Source: Fistulifera solaris (taxonomy: Eukaryota). From it: a DNA stretch of 64,000 nucleotides. A model generated the notes under the pieces. The model was not told where the DNA came from, made no database searches, and saw nothing but the letters and a program-made list of their open reading frames with translations. The stretch is from contig AP026127.1 of NCBI GenBank assembly GCA_030295235.1, positions 1,302,001-1,366,000 on the forward strand. The letters are read 5' to 3'. Each line of letters begins with the position of its first letter. The stretch's first letter is position 1. Below, one piece after another: positions 37,015-47,932 of this stretch. A program made the translations under genes and the position numbers.

Positions 37015-37753
37015 CTACGAGTCGCTGGGGTTGCTGAAGAGGCGCGCCGACAATTCTTCACGATGATTCTCCAATCGTCGCGACGTACGAAGTCCGTTGC
37101 GCATGACAGATCCCAAGGTAGCCTGCTCCACAGGCTCAATCGGTTGAAGCGGGGTCTTGGTCTCCGCAATCATATCAACTCTTGCATCCACAACAGTCGA
37201 CGGGGTTGCCGGAACGCGTTCCACAGAGATCGCTTCCGGCTCGGTCTCATAACAAGGTCGGTGCATCCGCACCCGCAGGGACCTTTTCTTGGTCGGGCTG
37301 GCCAACGGGAGCGGGCGCATTCGCAACGGCCTGCGAAGTTGCGGGAGCGCTCTCCGTAGAGACCATTTCCAGTTCGAGCTCGTCAACGGGAGCGGTTACA
37401 TCCGCAACCGCCGGCGCAACGGTGGGAACGCACCCCGACGAGACTTTTTCGGGCTCGGCCTTGCGTGGAGTTAAAGGCAAGGGATTGTTCTGTACTTCTT
37501 CAATTGTCTTTTTGCATCATACACAGGCTGACATCGCTTGTAGCAGCAAAGAAAGAAAACCGAAAGACAAATCGATGAATGATGACACCAATGAAAATCC
37601 CAGCGAGGACCTGTCAAAGACAAAACAACGTTTGATTGTGAGAGGTTTAACAGATACCGAAAGAACGTCGACTTGTAAGACTTACCGACGCCAAAACTAT
37701 GCCGTCGCATCTCCAGCGGGGAAGGTTTGAATGAAGTCCATGAATGTTGTCAT
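37015..37753 (-). pseudogene. Paralogue of the 28.1-28.8 kb membrane protein (copy 2), disrupted
   Basis: Same exon/intron layout and flanks; ELEMVS repeats and GSVMRNGLRTSRRLE motif; TAG in exon 1 reading frame and several frameshifts. Confidence 0.65.
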
Positions 37754-38173
37754 TTTTTCATGTCACTGCTGCAAGAGGTGTGGATCGTCGACAGCATTGA
37801 TTTATGAGCAATGGCGGGAGAGGGAGACAAAAAAAAAAGAGCTTTGCGAAGAAGCAGGAGGGTGGAGTCCTAAGTTTTTGGAGGTGTACTTGTATAAGGA
37901 AATAAGTACCTCAAATTTGATTCCGACGTGCGCGATTGCACTGCGCGACTTTCGCGTCGCCCGCCCGTCGCCCGGTCTACATCGCAAGCAAAAAACCTTG
38001 GTAGACCTAAGTGCGCGTGCTCGTCCTTTTTTTGTCGTCATTTTATTCGTCAAGGACAACTTACTTTTGGCATCATCGGCAATCCTTTGAAGTTGCCAGA
38101 GTGAATCCCTTTGAATAAAATTATATAGTTATTGCTGTTAATTGGGATATCGTCTCGCAAAAAGCGCAGAGAA

Positions 38174-39816
38174 ATGAGCGATCTAGACGATATTCTTGAG
38201 GATGCCGACGCCAATGAAATCGATGAGGACGACGAAGACAAGGAATACGGCTTTTTTGAGAGAAACCGTGCCGCATCTTCAAGCAACAATGCTGTGAATG
38301 GCTCATATGGGAGAATAGCGACCCTGATTTTCGGAACTGACGTGCAACCGGATGAAATCAAACGAATTATGGTGCTTGCGTCCGCGCTCTTTGCGATCGA
38401 AATGAGTGACGGTATCTTTCATTCGGTACAAGATCCTATTTTCGGAGCCATTGTTGGTCTCAACTTCAAGCCTCTCGCGATGGCGATATCATTTGCTGCT
38501 ACTATCGTCATTCTTTGCTTCTACAGCAAAGTCGTTGGGTGCTACTCCCGACGACACGATCTGTTCGGATTTTTGCAAACTTTTTCTTTGGACTTTTCAT
38601 GCTCAATGCTCTTTTTCTGATTCATCCGTCAATAGGAGCACTCGGCGCAAGAGCGCCCGATCCTTTACGAATACTGGGATGGTTTACATTCGGCGCTATT
38701 GATCAATTCGATATCATCATGATCAACCTATTTTGGTCCTTCACCAACTCTGTCGTGCCACTGTCGTCAGCAAAAGCCACCTATGGTGTTGTTTTCGCGA
38801 TCGGCCAGCTTGGTAATCTTGCTGGCTCGCTCGTATTTCTTTTCTTTGGATCGGTCGTCGGAATCTCGGCCTGTTTCGTACTGGGTATCATGTCTATTTT
38901 ACTGATGCAGTCGGTGATCAACAAATATGTGGAATCGTACGGGGCTGCGCCTGCAATAGAATCATCATCTTCTTGCTGTGCATCTTGTTGTGGTTGCCTC
39001 GAAGGACTGTGGCTTTTTCTCAGGCACAATTACGTCAAGGGCATTTCCGTGATTACGTGTTTGTATCTGATACAGCTATCGGTTGTTTCCAAGACAGCCG
39101 AGTATCTTGCGAAAGACCATTTTTCGCAAGTGTATGGATGCGAGCAGGGCCAAAGCTGTTACAACTCTTACACGGGTATCCATAGTTTGACGTACGAAGC
39201 AGAGAAGCATGTCGAGAGCCTCGTCTATTATGTGAACTTGTTGACACGTCTGGTCACGATCCTTTTCCCATTGTTCGGAAGCCGTATCATTATCGACCGA
39301 TACGGTGTACCGAAGAGTCTACTTCTCTTTCCTGTCATCTGTTTGTTTACATCTCTTATTCTTATCATATATCCACCGAATCTCTACATGGTTGTGCTGT
39401 GCTTACTGCTTCTGGAAGGAGCATCGGCAGCAATCAATACTCCAACCAAAGAAATGCTTTACATTCCGACAGGAATCGCCATTCAGTACAAAGCCAGAAT
39501 TTGGATTGAAAGCATTGGATATGATAGCACCCAATTCCTCGGGTATGCATTCACGTGGAAAACTAGTGGAGGCGATACCACATTTGCCACAACGGCCGGC
39601 ACGCTCTCTACAAAAGGCGGACTTCTCTGTTTCGTTCTCGCTCTGATTTCTTTCGCAGTAGCGAGATGCCTGTGTAATGAATTCGAACAAAAGCTCACCT
39701 CGAGTCGACCGGAAGACCGCGAGGAAAGCTTTATCAACTACCAAAATGTTCCGTTGAACCAGGACGACGACGAAAGGACTGACCAATACGATGTAGAGCT
39801 ACCTTCGCTCTCCTGA
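38174..39816 (+). CDS. TLC-family (NTT, ATP/ADP/nucleotide transporter-like) membrane protein, divergent intronless copy
   Basis: LFWSFTNSVV...AKATYG, LEGLWLFLRHNYVKGI, INTPTKEMLYIPT...YKARIWIE; colinear with the gene at 50.7-52.6 kb; T-run frameshift ~38570. Confidence 0.8.
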
Positions 39817-39836
39817 TTTCTTTGGTTTTACACGAC

Positions 39837-41939
39837 CTACTGAATATACCGACATGTTAAGTCTAATAGCAAACAGGTTTGTGTAGTTTTCAATATTCTA
39901 TGTCCAGTAAACTTCTTGTTGTCCCGAATAGTTGTCCTGTGCTGTAAATTTTGCGAGAGACTGCGCCTCGACGCTAGAATGGGGGACCAACTCTCTAAAC
40001 GTCTTCGCCCGGCGATCGTTAAGAGTAGTAAGATCAAAAGCAAGATACCTCCCGCGGCCAAAAACATCGGGAACACACGCGGCGGTATGAATCCGACGTC
40101 CAATATACTGTCCGGCTCATCGTAAAGTATAGGATCGCGTCCTTGCGGAGCGAGACAGTGGGGACCCGTCCAACCTGCCCTGCACTCACACACCTTGCCA
40201 GCAGTACATCTCCCTCTTTCATCACCGCCACAGGCATCAGGTACGACCCCGGCAGCCGAGGGGACGCAAATGCCACCACCACGTTGTACCCCTTTCAACG
40301 GTCTGACATCGCTTGGAGACTTATAGAGATGTTCTCGAGCTTCAATGAATCGACGAGTCGGACGTTCAGGTGTGGAGCAGCCCACCTTGTGAATTGGGTT
40401 CTGGGGGTCTTGGTAGACTCTTACCCAATTTATCTTGTATTGCGGTCTTGTTTTAATCATGTCGCAAAACCCCTCGGAAAATCCACAGGCGCTTTCCCAG
40501 TGTTCTGAATTACAATCATACTGCTTACAAGGGCAATTTGCTGGACATTCATGAGGAAAACCCCACTGCTTGGATATCGCTGTATTCAACAAAATGTAAC
40601 TTGGTTCGCTCGATATTTCCGCGCCGTATCCTGCTGCTTGAATTCCTGTTCCGTTCAAAGCGAAAACAAGCTCGCCATCCAAGAACCAATGCAAATAGCC
40701 GCCAAAACCTTCGGTTGGTGGCTCCCATTCGACTCGATACACGTGGGGACTTTCGAAGTAAGTTTGGTCCAGTTGTCGATTCATACTGATAGCATCGCTC
40801 CAGTAATCTTGCTCAGCGGGATGAACATCATCCAGAAAGTGATTGTAATCGCCATAGAACAGTATATTGAGACTTGCATTTCTTCCGGGAGTCAAGCCTT
40901 TGTACCACTGTGTGGGACCCGGCCACTCACCGGGTCCCGGTCGATTGGCCGATCGCCCTGGAGCAACTTGGAAGGACGCACTCATGAAAGGTTGTCCAAC
41001 TGTCGTTTTGAGAAAAGGACCCGTGTTTCCTTTAATGTTACCTGGTTGCACTTCGAACACGTCAATTTCTGGCGCACCTCGACCGACACCTTGTTCTAAT
41101 CCATAGTGCGTCGCCCTATCGCACGCAGAAACCGCTTGAGCGGTAAACGACTTGCGCGTGCACGTTGTGGAGCTCCACGGCCAGATATGTTCGGATGTAC
41201 CGACGTAAGTATGTCTCGCCAGATTGCCCAGTAACCAAAATGCCGGCCACAAGCCACCGACATTGTGTTTTCCTGGAAGAATGACTTCCGCCTCCATGAT
41301 ACCTCCCGTAAAGCAAAATTTATTCCACGTTTGCAGCATAGCGGATCGAAAATGTTTCGTCACACGCGTCTTCTTCAACTTGATGTCATCAAAACCCACA
41401 ATATCGGTATTTTTCGCTTCGCTGGTAATCACCAGTTCCCCTTGTTCGTTTGTGATGGCATTTTCCGGAGAATAATAGTGCAGCGCGTCATTTGTGTAAT
41501 CATTCTTATCGAGAGCCGTCCACCGCGGATCGGCGCCATCCGCAAAGGTTCGAAAGGGTGTATTGAATTCATCACTAAACACTAATTGAAAATCGCGCGG
41601 AACATAAGTGGGATAGGAACTCGGGGACGACGACGGCGATTGGGAAGGGAATTCCGTCGAATGCGACGGCGCCGCCGATGGATGTGTACTGGCTTCTTCT
41701 GTCGGTCGTTTTCGTTTGTTACTGGTGCTTGTACTTGATTTCGACGACGAAGAAGAAGAGGGTTGGTGTGGTATGGCGTTGTACTTTTGTGTCGTTCGTG
41801 CCTCCCAAGGCGTGTCCGGGTCGACCCATCCGGCGGGGCTTTCGGACGGTATTAATCCAGGCAATAGACATATTATCAGTAAAACGAGTTTCGTAGGAAT
41901 CCTGGGTGAAGTTTCTGGTTTCGTTGCTGTGAGTATCAT
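39837..41939 (-). CDS. GH16 KRE6/SKN1-type beta-glucan transglycosylase (TGS-like) with EGF-like module and C-terminal TM helix
   Basis: GWVDPDTP, LVFSDEF, SAMLQTWNKFCFTGG, GLWPAFWLLGNLAR, GRGAPEIDVFE catalytic motif, CECRAGWTGPHC, hydrophobic anchor. Confidence 0.92.
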   Translation of the reverse strand: MILTATKPETSPRIPTKLVLLIICLLPGLIPSESPAGWVDPDTPWEARTTQKYNAIPHQPSSSSSSKSSTSTSNKRKRPTEEASTHPSAAPSHSTEFPSQSPSSSPSSYPTYVPRDFQLVFSDEFNTPFRTFADGADPRWTALDKNDYTNDALHYYSPENAITNEQGELVITSEAKNTDIVGFDDIKLKKTRVTKHFRSAMLQTWNKFCFTGGIMEAEVILPGKHNVGGLWPAFWLLGNLARHTYVGTSEHIWPWSSTTCTRKSFTAQAVSACDRATHYGLEQGVGRGAPEIDVFEVQPGNIKGNTGPFLKTTVGQPFMSASFQVAPGRSANRPGPGEWPGPTQWYKGLTPGRNASLNILFYGDYNHFLDDVHPAEQDYWSDAISMNRQLDQTYFESPHVYRVEWEPPTEGFGGYLHWFLDGELVFALNGTGIQAAGYGAEISSEPSYILLNTAISKQWGFPHECPANCPCKQYDCNSEHWESACGFSEGFCDMIKTRPQYKINWVRVYQDPQNPIHKVGCSTPERPTRRFIEAREHLYKSPSDVRPLKGVQRGGGICVPSAAGVVPDACGGDERGRCTAGKVCECRAGWTGPHCLAPQGRDPILYDEPDSILDVGFIPPRVFPMFLAAGGILLLILLLLTIAGRRRLESWSPILASRRSLSQNLQHRTTIRDNKKFTGHRILKTTQTCLLLDLTCRYIQ

Positions 41940-42476
41940 TTTTGCGCTATGTACTGACAACAATCCTGCAATGCTGTATTGATTCTTTCGATGCACGAGT
42001 ATTTGCTTTTGCACAAATCCTTCTGACGGAAATTTCAGCGCTATGTAGGACGGATCTGATAATATGAAAAGCTGCCGTCCCACTCTGTGTTACTTGTCGG
42101 CTCGTGCGCTCTGTGCGTTTATAATTTTGTTTCTTGTTGAAAAGTCAAAAACATGCATTGCATTCGTAAGAGTGTCGGAGATGCGATTTTGTTGCCGTCG
42201 GTCGAGGTCCGCAAGCTATGTCGTTGTGAACTGCCGACGTAAGAAATCGAAACCGAGTTGAAGATCGTACTGGTAATAGCCACTATCATCAGGATTGTAG
42301 GTTCTAAGGTCCGTGCTACCATACGTTTTGCATTTTTCTGAGCCGACCAACGAAAAAATAATGAAAGGAACATAACAACAGAACGAAAATAATGATGTTT
42401 GCTTTGTGAATCTTATCAAGTGTTCTAAAGATCCATTTGCGCCAGTAACCTTCATAATCAACAAACGGGACGATCA

Positions 42477-43451
42477 ATGAGCAACATGAATCGTCATCAA
42501 GCATTCTTCTTCGTTTTGGGGCTGTTTGCGGCCTCCAATCAAGCATACGTCTTGACGACACCAAAGAAATGTGTCACATCCCTTCAAGCTACGGTGGGGA
42601 AAGGAGAATCCATCTACTCACTGCCAGCACTCTACGATCTAGCGTTTGGGTATCGTGATTTTGAAGAAGAAGTGGACTTTTTATTGAATACGCACGAACG
42701 TTTGGCGGGTCGTCCGGCACTTTCGGTACTCGAGTTGGCGGCCGGTCCGGCGCGGCATGCTCTGACGGCTTTGTCGGACACTTCGATACAGACGGCAACA
42801 GCAGTGGATAGTTCGAAAGAAATGGCAGATTACGCAAAAGAAATTGCTTTAGAAATGCTAGATGAACAGCAGCTCAAGTCGTTTCAGTATTGTGTTGATG
42901 ATATGCGCTCTTTTCGATATAAAAACGGCAAAGACTCTGTTGACACGGTATGGATTTTGCTCGGCTCCTTACAACATTTGACCTCCAATGATGATGTTAT
43001 ATCGTGTTTACAAGCAGTTCGGGAAGCATTATCGGAGGATGGCACCGTTGTGCTAGAGCTGCCGCACCCGCGAGAAACATTTTCTATGGTCGAATGCACG
43101 AAAAATAGTTGGAAAGTGCCGCTGGAGGACGATTCTGGAAATGAATCCGGAGAGCTTAAAATTATTTGGGGCGATGATGGGGACACGTTTGATCCCATTC
43201 AACAAGTACGGCAATTCACAGTCGCGATGGAGCTTATGGGTGTTGCACAATCGGAGGGCATTCAGAATATTCGACAAGTTGTACCGTTGAGGCTCTTTAC
43301 AGCCCAAGAAATTGGAGCACTCGCTCGATGTGCGGGTCTCGAGCTGGTGGAAATGCACGGTGCATTAGAAGAAGGGGTTCAAGTGGACGACGAAATGCTA
43401 GCTTTTCGTCTGGTGTGCGTCCTTCAGCACCAGAAGAATCCTAAATTTTAA
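42477..43451 (+). CDS. Class I SAM-dependent methyltransferase with N-terminal targeting peptide
   Basis: LYDLAFGYRDFEEEVDFL, VLELAAGPARH motif I, AVDSS, DDMRSF, L..DGTVVLE. Confidence 0.88.
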   Translation: MSNMNRHQAFFFVLGLFAASNQAYVLTTPKKCVTSLQATVGKGESIYSLPALYDLAFGYRDFEEEVDFLLNTHERLAGRPALSVLELAAGPARHALTALSDTSIQTATAVDSSKEMADYAKEIALEMLDEQQLKSFQYCVDDMRSFRYKNGKDSVDTVWILLGSLQHLTSNDDVISCLQAVREALSEDGTVVLELPHPRETFSMVECTKNSWKVPLEDDSGNESGELKIIWGDDGDTFDPIQQVRQFTVAMELMGVAQSEGIQNIRQVVPLRLFTAQEIGALARCAGLELVEMHGALEEGVQVDDEMLAFRLVCVLQHQKNPKF

Positions 43452-44747
43452 AACAAGACCAACAATGCCACCCAACACATTTTCCAAGTAAATCGATTGT
43501 CTGAAAACGCCCACAATCCTTCATCTTATCTGGATACTTGTTTCACAGAACATGCTCTCGTGATTCGGGAGGATCATCAGGCTTGAGAATGAGCAGCGCA
43601 TTATCGTAAATTTGGTGGCTCCATCTATCGCACCCAGGAAATGTTCGCCGTTCGGTCGGTAATGTTCTGTAGACAACAAGCAAGTGTTTTCTAGTTTTTG
43701 ACTATCATTGATTGGTGATTGGATATAATGATGTAAATAAAACGGAGTACGCCGTACCGCCTTTTTAGAGCGCCCCTAAGAGTTTAGAGCTCCTTGAACT
43801 CGCATGACAAAGCCTCGTATATTTCAACAATTCACGGACCCATAATAATTCTTCACGCGTTAGCTTTCATGTGAATTCAAGGCATTCGGCCAGACCCTGA
43901 CCCAGACTCCGCAATGAGCCCCCGTGCAGCGGCGACGCAAAACAATCTCTACTCTTTAATCATAGTTGTTCTTCCTTTTCCACGCCCCTCAATCCCTTCA
44001 AATTTTGTCGGTGAAAGTGAAGTCCACCGGAAGCCTATTCATGGAAAAGCTTGCATGAGCTTTGCTTGAGATGATTGCTTTCGCTTAGATTTATTGGGCA
44101 CTTCGTGAATTTTGTGACCATGACGGGGAAAATCATCATCGCGAGAGATGCACATGAGAAATCTCCAGTCATTATGCTTTCACGACTCGCCGCCTCGGTG
44201 TCGCGTACACTAATGTATTGTTTCAATTTTCTAAGTGACATGGACGTGACGTTGTAGACTTAGACGTCATTCTTCACGAAACTTAGGCCCTTGTTTTAAT
44301 TACAAGCCGAAGAACCAAGTCAATCAAAAGGGTACTCTAGGTATTTAGTACCGTATGGTTTGACTGTGTGTGAAAGACTTGATTTGAGATCTAAAAAAGG
44401 TTTTTGAATTTTTTATCAATTCAACCAAGATTCATAACTAAAATCCAACTTCGGCAATTGTATTGGTTTCGGCTTAACCAAGACAGCTTCATAGGAAATT
44501 GTAGGAATGAAAAGAAAGAGGTCGGGCAATAGTATTAGAGTACAGAAGCTATTGATAGTAAAATGACCCTGCCATCAAGGAATGTCCATGTCCCCGCAGT
44601 TGCAATGAAGAATGAAGCAAGGGAATGAAGCGTCAAAAGATTTCCAGATCTCGAAATAGCTCCAGCTCCCTCATTCGCGTTGCTCATAAAAATTGCATCA
44701 GTAGTAGCAACCCTTCGATTGCACTAACACCTACTTCCCTCGCCACC

Positions 44748-45305
44748 ATGTACGACATTGAAGCAACTCTTGAAACTAACGCCATCGCTGGTGTCAGCTC
44801 TTCTGAGAAGAGCTTCCGTCGACGATTCCTTTGCGCAGCTGTTGTTTTGGGTTCGGTGATGTTCATTGCTGCCTCTGGCTTCTCCACGTCAACTGGAGGA
44901 CTCTTCGACCGCTCCTTGTCTCACAAGGAAGGTCACGGCCACGACAATGACGGATCGCACGGACACGACGGTCATCGCTCGCTCTTCGACCGTTCTTTGT
45001 CCCACAAAGAGGGACACGGTCATGATAATGATGGCGCTCACGGCCATGATGGTCATCGCTCGCTCTTTGATCGCGCCTTGTCTCACAAGGGAGGACACGG
45101 TCACGACAACGACAGTGAGCATGGACACGACGGTCATCGCTCGCTCTTCGACCGCTCTTTGTCTCACAAAGAAGGTCATGGCCACGATAATGATGGCGCG
45201 CACGGACATGATGGCCACATGCGCTCGCTCTTCGACCGCTCCTTGTCTCACAAAGGGGGACACGGTCATGACAACGACAGTGAGCATGGGCATGATGGTC
45301 ATTAA
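44748..45305 (+). CDS. His/Asp/Gly-rich tandem-repeat protein with signal anchor and RXL motifs (putative peptide precursor)
   Basis: ATG in GCCACCATG context; RRR followed by hydrophobic FLCAAVVLGSVMFIAASGF; five ~27-aa repeats LFDRSLSHK(E/G)GHGHDND(GS/GA/SE)HGHDGH(RS). Confidence 0.9.
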   Translation: MYDIEATLETNAIAGVSSSEKSFRRRFLCAAVVLGSVMFIAASGFSTSTGGLFDRSLSHKEGHGHDNDGSHGHDGHRSLFDRSLSHKEGHGHDNDGAHGHDGHRSLFDRALSHKGGHGHDNDSEHGHDGHRSLFDRSLSHKEGHGHDNDGAHGHDGHMRSLFDRSLSHKGGHGHDNDSEHGHDGH

Positions 45306-45782
45306 GTTCGCTGTTGCATAAAACTCGTTAGTGTGTCTCGCACGTGGCGATTAGCAAGCCAGTCCTTTTCGAATGTCGGCGAGCTATTTGCTCACGAGCG
45401 CTGTTAATTGGTTAATAATTATATTTATCATCTCATGAACTGTGGTTTCATCAGATTTCAGGCGCTCATTTAGAGCTGCTGTGATATATTTTCGGTTTTG
45501 TTTGACCCTCCCTCCGCATTGTTAGCTTCGTACGGGACTCACTCCTCAGTCGCGATTCCCAGTCGCACATGGATATTGCTATACCGAACAGTGTAGTGTC
45601 GACGACATAATCCAAAATGATCTATGATCGTACCACCACTGTAATAATTAAGTAATTAAAACCGTTCCGCATTGAGGACGATTCATGATAAACACAATAA
45701 CAACAACGAAATAAATAGGATCATTGTGCTTATTGACACAAAGACATGACACCATGAGATCAGCACCCCAACATTTTATAAA

Positions 45783-47574
45783 ATGACGGGTGATAAGTGG
45801 ATGACTTCCGGCGCGAACAGATTGAAGTCGCGTATGAATAGGTCTTTCGAAAGACGAGCGTCTTTGGGAGATGTGCCGTCGCCGAGAATCTCATTTTCGC
45901 GTGAGCCTTCAACGACGACAAAAAGACATCCCAGCTTTGTTAGGAGAAGCATTAGAGGGAGTACGTAATTAATTGATGAATCATTTCAATGAATTTGGCT
46001 TCATGCGCTGACTCTTTCTTTGTGTTTTAGTGACGGGAACGTATTCAAAATGGGCCGATCCTCTTTATAGGCGCGCCGTTACCCCGTCTAGTCCTGCACG
46101 TGGTCCCCTTCATCATCAGCATCAAGAAAGCGGCTATCCACCAGGAACAATTCTTCCTCAACCTAGCCGTGATAGCAGAGCAGCATCATGGCACGAACTG
46201 CCCGTTGCAGCGAATCCAGCTTTATTTCAGCGTTGTGATCCTTATCAAGATCAGCAATATCGTTCACCTCACGCACAGCTGCAACAACAACAACAACTCG
46301 CTTTCCTTGAGCCCCATCATCCTGCTTCGTACGGATACGAGCCAACCATTGCAGCTAACCCTACCTATTTCGCACGTCAAACGCTCCCCCTTCCGGAAGA
46401 AATGCCACATTATCGCGAAGCGACTTATCAAAATCAAAATGTTGCGCACTATCAAGGCCCTCAGTCTGGTGATCACGATGGATGGAAAAGTCGTGAGCAC
46501 CTTGTACCATACGCACCTTTTCCGCCGAATGAGTATGGCTATGACGCTATGAATCGCGAACACGCGGATGTGGCATTCTCGCAGCAGTGTTATGCATTTC
46601 AGGGCGATGACACTCTTGCTCACCAAATGGCTCGAATGCCGAAAGACGACGGACGAGGGATAGAGCAGTTTCGGAACCGGAACATGACGTTTGATCGAGA
46701 TGCGGCATCAATCTGCAGTAATGTGGGGATGGGACCTTTACCTTTTGAGCGACATGTTGCCGGAGAAAATTCACTGCACCAAGATTCGCTAATCGGCATG
46801 ACGAATATTCACCCAGAGTCAGATATCAACGATTTTGGAGCCAACTCAAACACGAAATTTCAACTCCCTTTGGATACAGCAGCTGTTCTTTCGTCCTCGA
46901 GAATGCCGGATGAAGCATTTGCGTATTGCAAGCGAGAGAACTTTGTGGACAATGAACATCCTGATTTCCGCGAAAGATGGATTCCCGGCCAGACCAAGTT
47001 CGACCTCAACTTACTAAAAAACAACGAGAACTTCAACGAAGATATCCAGGGATATGAGTTTCCTCAGGGAATAGAACGCTTTAAATGCAGATCGCATGAT
47101 GACGTGAAGGCCAACAAGAAGTCGGACTCGTCAGAGCGTAGAAAAGAAGAAAGCGAGAACAGTAGTAACCTGTCACATGAAAAAATTCAACCAGCAAGCA
47201 TGAATCGCGATGCTTCTCGAGATAGTTTCTCAAGTAGCAAGCGACCTGTCAACGGTGTGAAGGCGACTGAGTCCACTTCATCACAACACAAGGAGGAGCA
47301 AAGCAAAGGAATCACTAACAAAAGGAAACGGCTTGATGTGGATCACGAAGACGATCTCAAAGAGAACGAGCCGCCTCCGAACGAGACGGAAACGCGCTTG
47401 ATCGGTGCTCCGTTAGCCTTTCGCTTTTTCGACGGGGGTGTCGAAGTTGATATAGGTGGACGCCCAGTCGACGCGAAGAAGAGGAACGGTCACTCTGTAA
47501 AGCAGCCACCAAATTCCAGCCCAGATTCCCTCGTAAACATGAATTGGCAAAACGACGAATCTTTGTGGGGGTGA
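45783..47574 (+). CDS. Hypothetical low-complexity protein; 2 exons
   Basis: Intron 45961-46030 (GTACGT...TTTTAG) joins a 178-nt exon in frame to the 514-aa ORF; Q/P/H-rich, with basic NLS-like KRKR. Confidence 0.7.
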
Positions 47575-47932
47575 ATGAAATGAGATGAGTTACGGTTAGC
47601 GGTTGCCTGATGATAATTCGTGCATTTCAATCGAGTTGACTCTGTATACAATACTGTCAATTAAAATAGATTGTGTGTATGATTTCATTTCAAAAATGTC
47701 TAGACTTACGTCCGCCTAATTAATGCAATAGCCGAGATCGCGAAATTTTAGTGTTTTACTATACTATTATTAGACTAGCGAGAAGGAAGATCATAGCTTT
47801 TGCGACAAACTCGTGTATCGTTCGGTTCACGAGTTCACAACATCCACGAAAACACCGACACCATTATTATTTGCATTCGATCCGATTGCCATTCATCCTT
47901 TCAAATGATGCTGAAGGTCATTATTTTATAAC

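Noticed and set aside
44866..45321. Alternative-frame and antisense repeat ORFs over the His-rich gene
   Set aside because: Substitutions between repeats are mostly synonymous only in the His-rich frame; the other frames are shadows.
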